NCBI RefSeq assembly: GCF_009834535.1
Contig: NC_045697.1
Location: 67,706,001-67,770,000, forward strand
From: Camelus ferus
Lineage: Eukaryota
Reading direction: 5' to 3'
Length of the DNA stretch: 64,000 bases
The translations under genes were made by a program, and so were the position numbers. Position 1 is the first letter of the stretch. Each line of letters opens with the position of its first letter. The notes under the pieces were generated by a model, which saw only the letters and a program-made list of their open reading frames with translations, had not been told where the DNA came from and made no database searches. Shown piece by piece: positions 14,270-25,649 of the stretch.

Positions 14270-14635
14270 TGGCGCAGTTAAGAATACAGACTGTGCCAGC
14301 TCACAGCTCTGTACTCATTGGGGACTGCCCTCAATGTCACGTCAGGACCTCCCCTGGGCTCTGCACCTCCTAGAGAAGAGCTCATGGTCAATCACAGGTT
14401 GCTGCAAGGATGGGAAAGCTTCTGGCATTCAGTTCAATTTGGAGCAACTGAAGGGCCATTCTAGCACCAGCGCTCCACGTGCAGTCAGATGAGGCCTCAC
14501 TTGCAACTACCCTGTAGCTCAGCTTTTCCCTCTGCTCTATGTTGTCCCTTGAGGCGAATCTCTCAAGAGTACTAGATAAATCTGTACACAACTCCCTATC
14601 TCAGAGTCTGTTTACAGGAAACCCAACGCAAGTCA
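14270..14635 (+). mobile_element. LTR16-type ERVL LTR
   Basis: Ends tctcagagtctgtttacaggaaacccaacgcaagtca, the LTR16 terminus; upstream gctcagcttttccctctgc. Confidence 0.7.
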
Positions 14636-15609
14636 CCATCTCAATCAGTTTCTTTTGTGTTTTGCTTGATTTTTTTTTTTTAAAGACAGGAAGAGCCATG
14701 GTTTCATGGACCATGACAAGTCTAAACATAATATTGATGAATTAATTCAGATGGTGAATGTTATTACTTGTTCTAGTTCAGCATATTATTTTACCAAGTA
14801 GTAGAGTGGACCTGTAACATGAACTAAATCTACCTACTACACATACTTTCTATCAGTCTTTTCAAAGCAATATTTCAGGATTTGTATAGGAAGTAAGCAG
14901 ATATTAGAAATCACTTTAATCATTTTGTTTGTTTTGCTTAGGCCTTTAAAGCCAAACTATGGGATCTCTAAGACTGGCTGCTGAGTGTAGGAAGATGGAG
15001 CATAGCTACCATAAATTTTTATAAAAGTAAAGAAAGGATGACTTTATGAACACACATAAAATTCTTCCTTCTGTTAATAAAATGTATATCATAGCATTAT
15101 ATTAATCTTTGAGGCAGGAAAACTGATTGTAAGTTTAAGAAATTGCATTTCTATTTATATTTTTAGTCCCAAAGCAATCTTTAAAGTAACAGCTTGCCAT
15201 CAGTTAATGTTTACAATTGATGAGTAGAATTATTTCTCCTAAATGGACTTCATATGTTTTAGTAAAATATAGTGTAGAACAGATTTATTTAAAATGAATA
15301 ATGTAGCCATAACAACAGATATTATGCTATTCCTTCCTACTTTTTACTTTGAAAAAAAAATTTGAAAGAACATAATTTTGGACCTTTAAAAGTGTTATAT
15401 ATTTTTTCAATTACAAATACATTAAGATACTTGCTAAGGGTTTATATATCAATTTTTAAAATTCCTTTTACTACCTTGAAAATATTCTTGACATCTATTG
15501 ACTATTGGGCAAAATTTGTAAAATCCTACTTACATTTTTGCAGTCAAGAAACAATCACTGAAGAAAAAAAAAAAAAGAAACAATCATTGAAATAAATTTA
15601 AAGTGTATT

Positions 15610-16149
15610 TGTTACCTCAAAAGGTAAATACCCTAGGTTCTTATCATACCCAAAAGACAAGTTTACAGTTAGGAGATGGTATGTAGTGTAACAAAAAATT
15701 TTAAAAGATTTATTTAAAGAAAGGAAAAGGACACTTTCAAGAACAGGAAGTGGGCTGATCCAAGGGAGGAAAAAGTTGCCGTTTTATGTCTCCCCTTTCT
15801 CTTATACCCTCGCTTAGAGGTGGTCTCTTAATTGATTGATGGCTCTTGTCCCTGGAATGCTTAGTCACGTCTGGCCCCTTTTACGCATGTCCTTACCCAT
15901 GGTGTACACAGAAGAAACCCCTGGTGCGGAGGGCGAAACCACAATATTAATTATAATACAACGAGCACTGGGTTGTGTCTGGTTAAGTCCTTTCTGCTAC
16001 CTCGCAGTTGTGGCTGTCCAGTTTTAACCGGTTTCCTGCTGGCACTCATTTAGAAGTAAAGTCCTTTTATGCTGCAGGCGGGCATAACATCATCTGCCCC
16101 TCTCCTCCACCTGTCTGCCCGGTGCCTCCACTCATCCAACTACCTAACA
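15610..16149 (-). mobile_element. ERV1-type solo LTR, relatively young
   Basis: TGTTA...TAACA termini; on the minus strand TATAA near 15802 precedes AATAAA near 15710; CpGs retained against a CpG-poor background; no clear TSD. Confidence 0.75.
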
Positions 16150-16219
16150 CCTTCAGGTTTTTTCAAACAATTACGTAAAAGATACAGAATTGAAGCTTTT
16201 GTTTGTAGACTTTCCTATT

Positions 16220-16650
16220 TCCAATCTCCTTTCCAAGTGTTAATCACCATTCTAAAGATGGTGTCTATCTTTCTTGTTCATGTTTAGTATACATGTGTCT
16301 ACAAATGATACATAGTATTGTTTTGCTTATTTTTAAATTTTACACAAGTGCTTCCATATTGGAGGTATGATTTTGCAACTTGCATTTAGTCTTTTAGTAC
16401 TCTGCTTTTGGATTTATTCCTTTTAGGTTATGCAATACCCAGGGCATTTATTTTAACATCCATTGTGTTCCATTGTATAAATATGGCATCACTTATTTAA
16501 CTGTTCTCCTAGGATAATTTAGATTCTTTCTTGTTATTATTGGCTTGAATGTATGTGTGTTTAACAAATAATACCTTAGATCATCCTGTATACAGTATAA
16601 ATGTTTAGCATATATCTAAAAATGCAATAGTGAAAGATGATGCCAATTTG
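16220..16650 (-). mobile_element. Old L1 (L1ME-like) 3' fragment
   Basis: caccattctaaa, atagtattgttttg, ttttgcaacttgc, ttccattgtataaatat. Confidence 0.6.
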
Positions 16651-17629
16651 TTAGAGAATACAAAATTAAAAACCAGGTTATTTTATGTGTTTATACACCC
16701 AAATTAAGTGAATAAAATTATGGTTTCTTAACACTTTTTTTCTTTCAGGATCTCAAACCTATATTTCATTGTCTTCTATTTCTTACGTTTCACGAATTTT
16801 TATTCATCTTTTATGAATTTAGCTTTCAATTATTATCACTATTATCTTTCTCTGCATTCGTTCCTTTGCTTTTTATTTGGTTACTTCCATGAAGTGACTC
16901 ATCCTAATAGGGAAGTGTTCTTTGTCCCCCTCTTATCTCCCTCCCTCTGCCATCTCCTTCCATCCTCTGGTCTCCCTGGCCCTTCCCCTTATTCCCTCTA
17001 GTCTGCCATTCTCTCTACATTCAGCCCTTTTGTCAGTTCTGCAGTTACTTCCATTTCTACCTTTCAGGATTGCCAGTCAAGAACCAGATTTTATATTTCT
17101 ACTCAGAGATGATATCAGAGAATCCAGTCACCTAGTAAAAGAATTGGCTCAATTCTCTCAACTTTATCCTTTTTGTCATCCAGCCTCCCCAGGAATGCAG
17201 TTTCATTGAACCTGCAACCCCAGTCAGCTGTTGTAAGATGTTGTTTCTCTTTTCTCTTCCCGACTCCTTTTATAAGGGGGAGAACCCCACTCAGATCCTG
17301 GTTTCAAACACTAAACCCTGCTTTAGTCACCCTATCCTGCATGGGGTCCTGGTCCCTTTGCCTCAGTGTGAACTAGGACCCAGTAAGCTTCAGGCCTGCT
17401 CGCTATTCAACACATGTTTTGGTACATGGAAATATTTCTCTTCTTTTGTATATCCACAGTTTACCTCTAATTGCTAACTCTTGGAATGGAAAGAAAGAAA
17501 GAGGAAAATCATACATTTACAATACTGTCCTGAATTCATTTTATTTTGATACCTGCCTTTCAGTTTATATGTCATAAATACACACTTATTTCAAAACACC
17601 TACAATTATATTATTCTTTTGGTGACTCT

Positions 17630-17830
17630 GTAACAGACTTTCATATGGATGTGCCATATTCTATTGAACTAATTCACTGGAGATCAATATTTATTTCTAT
17701 ATTTGTGTTACCATAAAAACACTGCAGTGAAGATCTTTCAATATATATTTTTGATGCATTTGCTCAATTTTTCTCTTAAGATAAGTTTCTAGAAGTAGAA
17801 TTTATGGGTTAAAGATACATATCTTTGAGA
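17630..17830 (-). mobile_element. Old L1 fragment
   Basis: atggatgtgccata...actgcagtgaagatcttt...tctagaagtagaatt..tgggttaaag. Confidence 0.6.
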
Positions 17831-18028
17831 TTGGAAAATTAAATGCAGAAAAAGTTTTCAAAAACATTATTTTATCTTTAAAACTGGAAAATAAGATTTA
17901 GAAAAATTCAATCATACAACTAAATTATTATTTAGAATTCAATCTCAGGGTTGATTTAATTGATACCACAATTAACAAGTTGAAAGTGTTTATTCAGTAA
18001 TGTATTATATATTATAGATATTATAAGA

Positions 18029-19110
18029 AAGTAGTTGTGAAACTTTTGTTTTTGCAGGACTTCTTTACATTCTTAAAAATGGTTGAGGACACCAAAGTGA
18101 TGCTTTCAATGTGGACAATACCTGTCAATATTTATCATATTAAAAATGAAAACTGAGAGGCTTTAAATTATTTATATAATAATTCATTTAAAATAACATT
18201 AATGATATCATTTCATATTAACATAAATAACATTTTTTTTTAAAGTGAAATACTCTTTTACTTTAAAAAATCATTAAGAGTGGTTTTGCTTTACAATTAT
18301 CCAAAACTTTTTAATGTCTAACTTAATAGAAGACATCTGGATTCTCATAACTGCTTCTTCATTCAGTGTGTTCTGAAGCATTTCTGTGGTTGAAACACAT
18401 AAAGATATCCAGCCTTTCATACTATATATAAGAAAGGAAAAGCTTTCTCAGATCAATCATGGATAGTCTTTATTATTACACCAAACTCAACATGTGGTAG
18501 TTTCTTAAATGTAAATTGCAATTTGAAATCTGAAATCATCTAAAAGAAATAATGTATCATACTCCATTTTGTTAACATCTATTATTTTATCTCCACTTCA
18601 GATTTTGGAATATCAGGCATTGGTTGTTTGGGGAAGATAGATTCACTGGGTTATGTGCATCTTCCAAATGTTGACAGATACCATTATTTAAAAACAACAA
18701 AAACATCATATCTGTTAATATCACACAAATCTCATCAGAAAATTCTTTAGAACTGGAAAGCTGTCAAATTCACATTGGTGAATACAAATATTCCAAAATT
18801 ATAATTTTTATTTCTAATTTCAAATTTTATCACTGGAGAAAAAGTACTGCCCAGCATTTTTCTTAAAGTGACAAGCTCATTTTCAAGATATGACTGTTAA
18901 GTATCCATGTCTGAATAGCCATGGTTCATTAGACACTTTCAAATAAAAATTATAATCCATGAAAAGGTGGTCAGGCTAGTTTGCAACTCAAGTAATTGAC
19001 ATATGATGGTATGACAACCATCATATGTCAGTATGCAGAAGTGCTTTATGTTTACTTCCCTTTCATCATACAGCATATTAAAAAGATACTATTCAATTAG
19101 CTGAGATATA
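18029..19110 (-). mobile_element. Charlie1 (Charlie1a-like) hAT DNA transposon, left part
   Basis: Starts gtagttgtgaaacttttgttttgcaggacttctttacattcttaaaaatggttgaggacaccaaag (Charlie1 terminus) and stays colinear to gtatgcagaagtgctttatg...atattaaaaaga. Confidence 0.85.
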
Positions 19111-19119
19111 CAAAGTATA

Positions 19120-20350
19120 TTAAAGGCAGTAAGAAGATTTTCCTCTTCTTGGGAAGAACAGCTGGAAAGTTGTGGCTGTGATCTAGACAGAAGTCAATGA
19201 TAGCTTAGAGCAGGAGAAGAAAACAGCTTAGAAAGCTATTCAAGAGTTGATATTGTCAGAATCTGGGTGATTGGATGGCGGAGTGTGGGAGAAGGTCATG
19301 TCCCATGAGAGGATGATTCTCTCATTTCTGGCTTTGACAGTTGGGTGGATGGCAGTATTGCTGAGATCAGAAATGCAGGAGGAGAAGCAGGTTTGGGAGG
19401 AGTGGAGGCAGGGGAAGGGTGATGAGTTTCTAGGAGAGTAAAAAAATTTTCCTCCACTTTCTTAGGTTCCATGATTGGGTCTAAAAATTCAACTGACAAA
19501 GTCAGAGTAAAAGAAGATTACAGAGTAACAGATTATTAGACATGGGAGTCTTCATAAGGATATGCAGACACAGAGAAACTGTCAGACTTCTGTACTTTTA
19601 TAATGGTTTGATGAAGAGTGGACAGCTATGGAGAAGCATGATAGGTCAAGAAATAAAGTATTTATAGTAAACTGGGGGGAATTTAGCAAGGCCTATTTAT
19701 TAGAATTCTTCTTGATGTTCTTTTGTTTTCAGAGACAAGAATACTCCTTTCCTCCAGATACAGGAAGGGCACCTATGAGGGTTTTATGGTCTGTTTCAAG
19801 GAAGAAGAGCAAAGCAGGGGGCAAGTAGGGGTAGGGGAGGAGGTCAGAGTTTCCTTTCTGCTTCTGCTGTTTTCTCAAACTCCTTCAGCTTAAAATATTC
19901 AATATGCTAAGGTGCCATATTTTGGAGTAGTCTGTCCTGAACATCAAGTTCATTTTGTAGTAAGATGAATTTTATGTGCTTAAAGGAGATCTTTGGGAGA
20001 TATAGTATGGACTTTAATAAGGACCACAAGGCAGCGATCAGGCCTGTATCTGCAGATCTGGTGAATGCAAGTCCTGAGCATTTAAGTGATCAATCAGACA
20101 AAGGTATGGAGTAGGAGGAGCAGAGGGACTGGAGAAAATGCAAGGGACATGGCATTTAAGCACAGAAGAAGAGCCTGTGGAGGAGACTGAGGAAGAGGTG
20201 TCAGATGGATGGAGTTGTCAGTGTTGTCCAATGTTCCTGCAGTCAGGAAAGGACTGGACAGGGATTGCCCATCTTATCAGCAGGGAAGACAAGAGCAACT
20301 TTGGCCATAATAAGTTCCAAGCTGGGTAGAAGCGAGATGAGGAATAAGAA
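19120..20350 (-). mobile_element. Internal L2 fragment lacking its 3' tail, interrupted by an LTR
   Basis: ggtgattggatg, ggatgattctc..tttctggctt, ggaggagaagcaggtttggg, gatgagtt|cattttg, gaagaagagcctg..aggagactgag. Confidence 0.75.
19429..19946 (-). mobile_element. MER34/MER39-like ERV1 solo LTR with 4-bp TSD
   Basis: Ends ccttcagcttaaaatattcaatatgctaaggtgccatattttggagtag...ca; AGTT duplicated at 19425-19428 and 19947-19950. Confidence 0.8.
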
Positions 20351-20384
20351 ATTGTAGAGGAGAGACTTCAAATCATCCAGGAAA

Positions 20385-21100
20385 ACGGTGGCCTTGTCCT
20401 TAAAGGGCCATTGTATCTACTACTGCAACTTGATGAAGACCATGCAGTGAGTCATCTATGGCTTGTACAGTGCATGTAGAGTAACTGGAAAGCAGGTACC
20501 TGAAGGACAACTGGCCGAGTTTCTGACTATGGGCTTTTTATTTCAGGTAAAGACCCCTGGGAAGACAACTGATCAGAAGTGGGCGGAACAATGAATTACC
20601 ACATGTTGTAAATGGGAATACTTTGGAATTTAGAAAGATACAGAGGTCTCAGAAATCCAGATGCCAGGGTAGATCTGTGAAAACAGTGATGAGAGGCAGC
20701 TTCCATGACCACTGTTTACCATTTCAGTAGAATAGAAATAATAAACTAGGAAGAATACTCTTAGTCCAAGAACCATTGAATAAAACAAAGAGGAAGGGGT
20801 AGTAGACTCAAAACTCCAGGACACTGCTATGAGATGAGAGGAAAATGGAGACACTGAAGGCCAAGCTTCACACAGATGATGACCTAAACTGGGTGGATCA
20901 CCACCAAGTGTTCAGAGAAGAGTGAAATAGTAATGAGAACCAAACATTACAGCTGCAATTGCTTTATGTTCAGCCTCTGGGATGACATCCCAAACAGCTC
21001 CCACACTGTCTCCTTCAAGAAAGCTTGTGAGTTTGGTGGATTTAACCCCAGATAGAATTTGGACCTCATGTGGGCATAAACACAAATTTGGATTCTCTGA
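20385..21100 (+). pseudogene. TLN2: Processed pseudogene of talin-2, N-terminal FERM region (F0, F1, part of F2)
   Basis: Manual translation across frameshifts gives (ACG)VALSLK..CNLMKTMQ..YSACRV..VPE..SDYGLFIS..DP..NG..LE..SVKTVM..SRI..EEYS..RTLL*DERKMETLKAKLHTDDDLNWVDH..FRE..ENQTL/QLQLLYVQ..DDI..SH.VSFKKACEFGGF..FGPHV.HKHK.GF. This matches TLN2 (KAKLHTDDDLNW, ACEFGGF) rather than TLN1 (KQKLHTDDELNW). No introns; many stops and indels; ATG changed to ACG. Confidence 0.92.
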
Positions 21101-21615
21101 GCAAATAACCTATAATTTTTCTTTATTCTCTTCTCTCTTGCCTTTTCTATCTTTTTTTTTCTTTTCCCCTATTTATTGTTGAACTACCTACTCCAAATTT
21201 CGATTAATTTTGAGAATCTTCGCTTGCGCTCACTTAAGCATATGATCAAATTTGCAGACCTTGGGGAAAGCAAGTTGCTAAAAAATTTGATGTTGGAATG
21301 ACCGTAAACATTTTCTGCTCCCAGTTCAGGTAGTATATGACACCACAGTCTTTAGAATCCCTCCAAGCTATCACCTATTGTATCCTAAGATACCTCTAGA
21401 GTCAAGAAACTCACTTCCTCTATCTTCTGAAACCAATGCCCATTAGAATATTTTTTCATCACACTGTAATAAATTTTGACTTTTTAAGTTTTTTTAAGGC
21501 CTTTGTACTAGAACAATAGAGTATGAATGAGAGAGCTTCACATTCTTTACTATAATCTTATAAATTCTTTGTTTCATTGATTGTGTAGTGAATATGTTAA
21601 ATACTTTGTCCACTC

Positions 21616-21631
21616 AAAAAAAAAAAAAAAA
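21616..21631 (+). repeat. Poly(A) tail (A16) of the TLN2 retrocopy
   Basis: A16 preceded by GTTAAA (21596-21601, one transition from ATTAAA); Charlie1 sequence resumes just after it. Confidence 0.7.
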
Positions 21632-21635
21632 GAAT

Positions 21636-21979
21636 AAAACAGTACTCAAGATAGCAGATTTAAAATAATTAGTAAATTAATAAAATTAATACATTTCACT
21701 GCTTCAACATCCTTAAGTAAAAATGGATTTTTTTTTTACCCCTGTGTGTATGGCAGTGGAGAATATAATGGCTTAGCCTAAGTAGATTGTACCATTGCCT
21801 TGATTCAAGCTAAAGAAGTAACAGTTTCACTCACCGTCACCCTTTACCGTCACTGCAAAGATCAACACAGTGAAAAAGTCAAATAACATCTTGGCATTAA
21901 TATGAAAATAGCTTTACAGACACTTGAAATTGTCTCAGGAATCCCCAAGAATCTGTGAACCACACTTTGAAAACAATAC
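21636..21979 (-). mobile_element. Charlie1, right part
   Basis: gtactcaag...aaattaatacatttcactgcttc...gaaaaagtcaaataacatcttggcattaatatgaaaatag...accacactttgaaaac (the other Charlie1 terminus). Confidence 0.85.
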
Positions 21980-22934
21980 CTGTATGAAAAGGGACAATTT
22001 TAAATGAAATAACTAGGGAAAACAATAGCTTTTATATTTCAGATATTTCAAATCCAACTTGTTGCATCCTACCATTCTTCTTAAAGACCAATTTACATTC
22101 ACTCCTCTAGATAAATGTTCTTCTTATACACTGAAAGTGTAATGATTCTTCAGAAATGCTCTACAACATTCAATATTAGATCACTAATAAATGCCTGTCA
22201 CTTTTGATGCAAGCTCACATTTAGTTCAACTACATGTGTGCACACTCCTTTGTCTACCTTGACTGAAGATGTACACTCTGTTTGGAATAAGGATAGCCTG
22301 CACCTAAACTAATAGGAAACATACTTTTGCCTTCATGTATGACAACTTAGTGATTTGGTTTTTTTTGAAAGTTGCACTCAGCTGACACTTAATGTATAGC
22401 ACCAATTATTTAGGAATTGTTGAGTCAGACTTCCCCAGTGTTTGCATAATAATTAAGTAACTTCTGAAAATGGTGTTCATGTTCTGAGTTGAAATTTTAG
22501 TATAGGTTCCCAAGATGTCTAAAATAGGATTGGCTACTTGGAGAATCTGACTCAGTTATCATGTAACAGGTGGAAGGGAGTTATGAGCAATATCACGCTG
22601 TGAGCATGGAGCACTGGTGTCATAAAGAAGCAATAATGAAGCTGTAATAGACAGGTAATTCACCTATCTTGAAATGAAATAAACAGTCAAAATTAGATGC
22701 TTTAGATTTTTCACCATTTCCCCACAAAATCCCCCCAAATTCACACATGGCAGAAAATATCCACAGAATTCACAAACATTCCCCCCATGCCCCCAGGCTT
22801 TCCTCCTTGTCTTTTCCTATTGTTTCCAGTAAGCTTCACCTCTCTTCTATTTCAGCAACTGTGGCAGTTAGGCCACTTTGGTTGTAAACACCAGAAACTC
22901 ATCCTGTTTTATTTTAACTTAAAAAATTAATAAA

Positions 22935-24610
22935 ACTGGGAAAATTGGACTACTTTCTCACACCATATACAAAAATAAAGTCAAAATGGATTAAGGACTT
23001 AAATATAAACTTGAAATGATAAAACTCCTAGAAGAAAACATAGGCAGTATGCTCTTTGACATAAATCTTGGAAATATTTTTTTGGATGTGTCTCCTCAGG
23101 CAAGCGAAACAAAAGTAAAAATAAACAAACGGGACTAATATTAAACTAAAAAGTTTTGAACAGCAAAGGAAACTATTGATAAAATGAAAAGGCTGCCTAT
23201 TGAATGCCAGAAAGTATCTGCAAGTCATATATTTGATAAGGGGTTAATATCCAAAATATACAAAGAGCTTAAGTAACTCAACATCAAACAAACAAACAAA
23301 ACAATGAAAAAATGAGCAGAGGACCTGAATAGACATTTCCAACAAAGACATACAGATGGCCAACAGGTATATGAAAAGATGCTCAACACTACTAATCATC
23401 AGGGAAATGCAAATCCAAACCACAATAAGATATCACTTCACACAACTCAGAATGGCTATCATCAAAATGACAACAAATAACAAGTGTTGGCAAAATGTGG
23501 AAACAAATCAAACCCTGTGCACCATTGGTAGGAATGTAAGGTGGAGCCAGTATGGAAAATATTATGGAGAGCCCTCAAAAAATTAAAAATAGAACTATTT
23601 TATGATCCAGTAATTCTACTCCTGGGTATTTATCTGAAGAAAACAGGAACACTAAATTAAAAAAATATATGCACCTCTATGTTCATTGCAGCATTATTTA
23701 CAATAACCAACATATAGAAACAACTTAAGTGCCCATCCATAGGTGAATAGATAAAGGAAATATGAGATATATATGATATATAGATATATCCATATATACA
23801 TATGGAGTATTACTCAGCCATAAAAAGAATGAAATCTTACCATTCTTGACAACATGAATGGACCTAAAGGGTATTAAGTTAAGTGAAATAAATCAGAGAA
23901 AGACAAATACCATATAATTTCACTTATATGTGGAATCGAAAACACAAAACAAATAAATAAATGTAACAAAACAGAAACAGAATTACAAATGTAGAGAGGG
24001 ATGCTGTGTAGGGAGATGAAAGAAATGGGTAAGGGAGATAAGAGGTACAAACTCCCAGTTACAAAACAAATGAGTCATGGGTATGATATATACAATACAG
24101 TGTGAGAAATAGAGTCAATAATAATGTAATATCTTTGTATGGTGACAGATGGTACTTATTGTGATGATCATTTTGTAATGTATAGAAACACTGAATCACT
24201 ATGTTGTACACCAAGAACTAACATAGTGTTGTAGGTCAACTATACTTCAAGAACAAACAAACTCAGAGAAAAGGAGACCAGATTTGTGGTTACTAGAGGT
24301 AGAGGGGCAATTTGGATGAAGGTGGTCACAGGTACAAACTTTCAGGGATGTAATGTACAATATGATTAATATAATTAACCCTGCTGTATGTTACAGATAA
24401 AAGTTGTTAAGAGTAAATCCTAAGAGTTCTCATCACGAGGATAAAGATTTTTCTTTTTTTTTTCTTTTTTCTTTTGTATCTATATGAGATGACGAATGTT
24501 CACTGAACTTACTGTGGTAGTTATTTCATGACATATGTAAGTCAACTCCCTATCCTGTTCACCTTAAGCTTACACAGTGCTGTATGTTAATTATATCTCA
24601 ATAAAGCAGA
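22935..24610 (+). mobile_element. 5'-truncated L1: ORF2 C-terminus and 3' UTR
   Basis: ORF 23356-23586 (MANRYMKRCSTLLIIREMQIQTTIRYHFT...KCWQNVE) is the L1 ORF2p cysteine-rich end; the element ends ttatatctcaataaa. Confidence 0.95.
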
Positions 24611-25019
24611 ATGCGAAAATGAATTTTTGGAAAGATGCTTGTGAAATAATAAAAGGTGAAACTACTATGATGCTCTTAAGATATATATTACTTCTTTTGT
24701 CAAAATGCAGGTAATTTAAAATTCTATTCCTAATACATAACCTAGAAGATGAGTTACAATTGTATTAATAGTCATCTGATCTGCATCTATTATGGTAGCC
24801 TACTCTTGGAGCATTCCACTTTGCTATTTCTTTTCCATAATAACTGCTAGAAGACACATTTTTAAAAACAACTGACAAAACAAGCAACTTGATGATTGAA
24901 CGAGTTGTCATTTCAACTATTGACAGTACTTTGTGATTCTGGCATGATGAAGCATCCCGCTATTTATAAACTAGTCATTATCTCCACACTATAAATAAAG
25001 ATACAGAATTCAGTTTAAT

Positions 25020-25235
25020 ACATGTTAATTGACTATGTTCCTAGCCCAAGATGCAGTGCCAGGAACTGAAGGAACATAGCTCCTGCACAAGGGAACTCTG
25101 AATTTTGTTAGGGAGAGAAGTGTACAAAGCAGACGCTAATGCCAGGTAGTCTGTGATAAACAATACAGATTTAAGGATGTTTGATATGGGACATCAGAGG
25201 AAGAAAGAATTATCTTTAACTGGGAAGAGCAGCTG
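25020..25235 (-). mobile_element. L2 fragment
   Basis: gtgccaggaactg..ctcctgcacaaggga..gggacatcagaggaag. Confidence 0.5.
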
Positions 25236-25649
25236 ACATCTTCCCATAAATTCTGCACCTCAAATAAAGATTGCACTTTGACAACTGAGAACGGTACATT
25301 TTGAGCACAAGATAAACTGAAGTCATCATCAATACCTGGTCATGTGGCCATATTCTGCAAATACATAGCAATCTGGAGACACCAGGGCATGTGGTGCACA
25401 AAGGCACTGGGGAAGGTAGGGAGAAGGAAAAAAATAACAAGAAAAAGAGAAGAGTACATTCAAGTGAATTCTGACAATTCTCTGTTTTTTCCTTTGTGTC
25501 CTTCTGCTTGGATTCTCAAATGCAATTACTTTCTTCCATGGATCCAAATAGATTCTGAACAGAGAAAAGGTGATCGGTCCATTCATTCTCATTGAAAAAG
25601 AATGCAGTCACTAAAAGGGAGAATAGAGCTGAATATCTATGTTTAAAGT

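Noticed and set aside
20385..21100. Functional TLN2 exons or a live retrogene
   Set aside because: Start codon lost, multiple stops and frameshifts, no introns.
21468..21473. AATAAA as the poly(A) signal of the retrocopy
   Set aside because: About 140 nt from the A tract, too far for the usual spacing; GTTAAA at 21596 fits better.
23356..23586. 76-aa ORF as a gene
   Set aside because: It is a fragment of L1 ORF2p.
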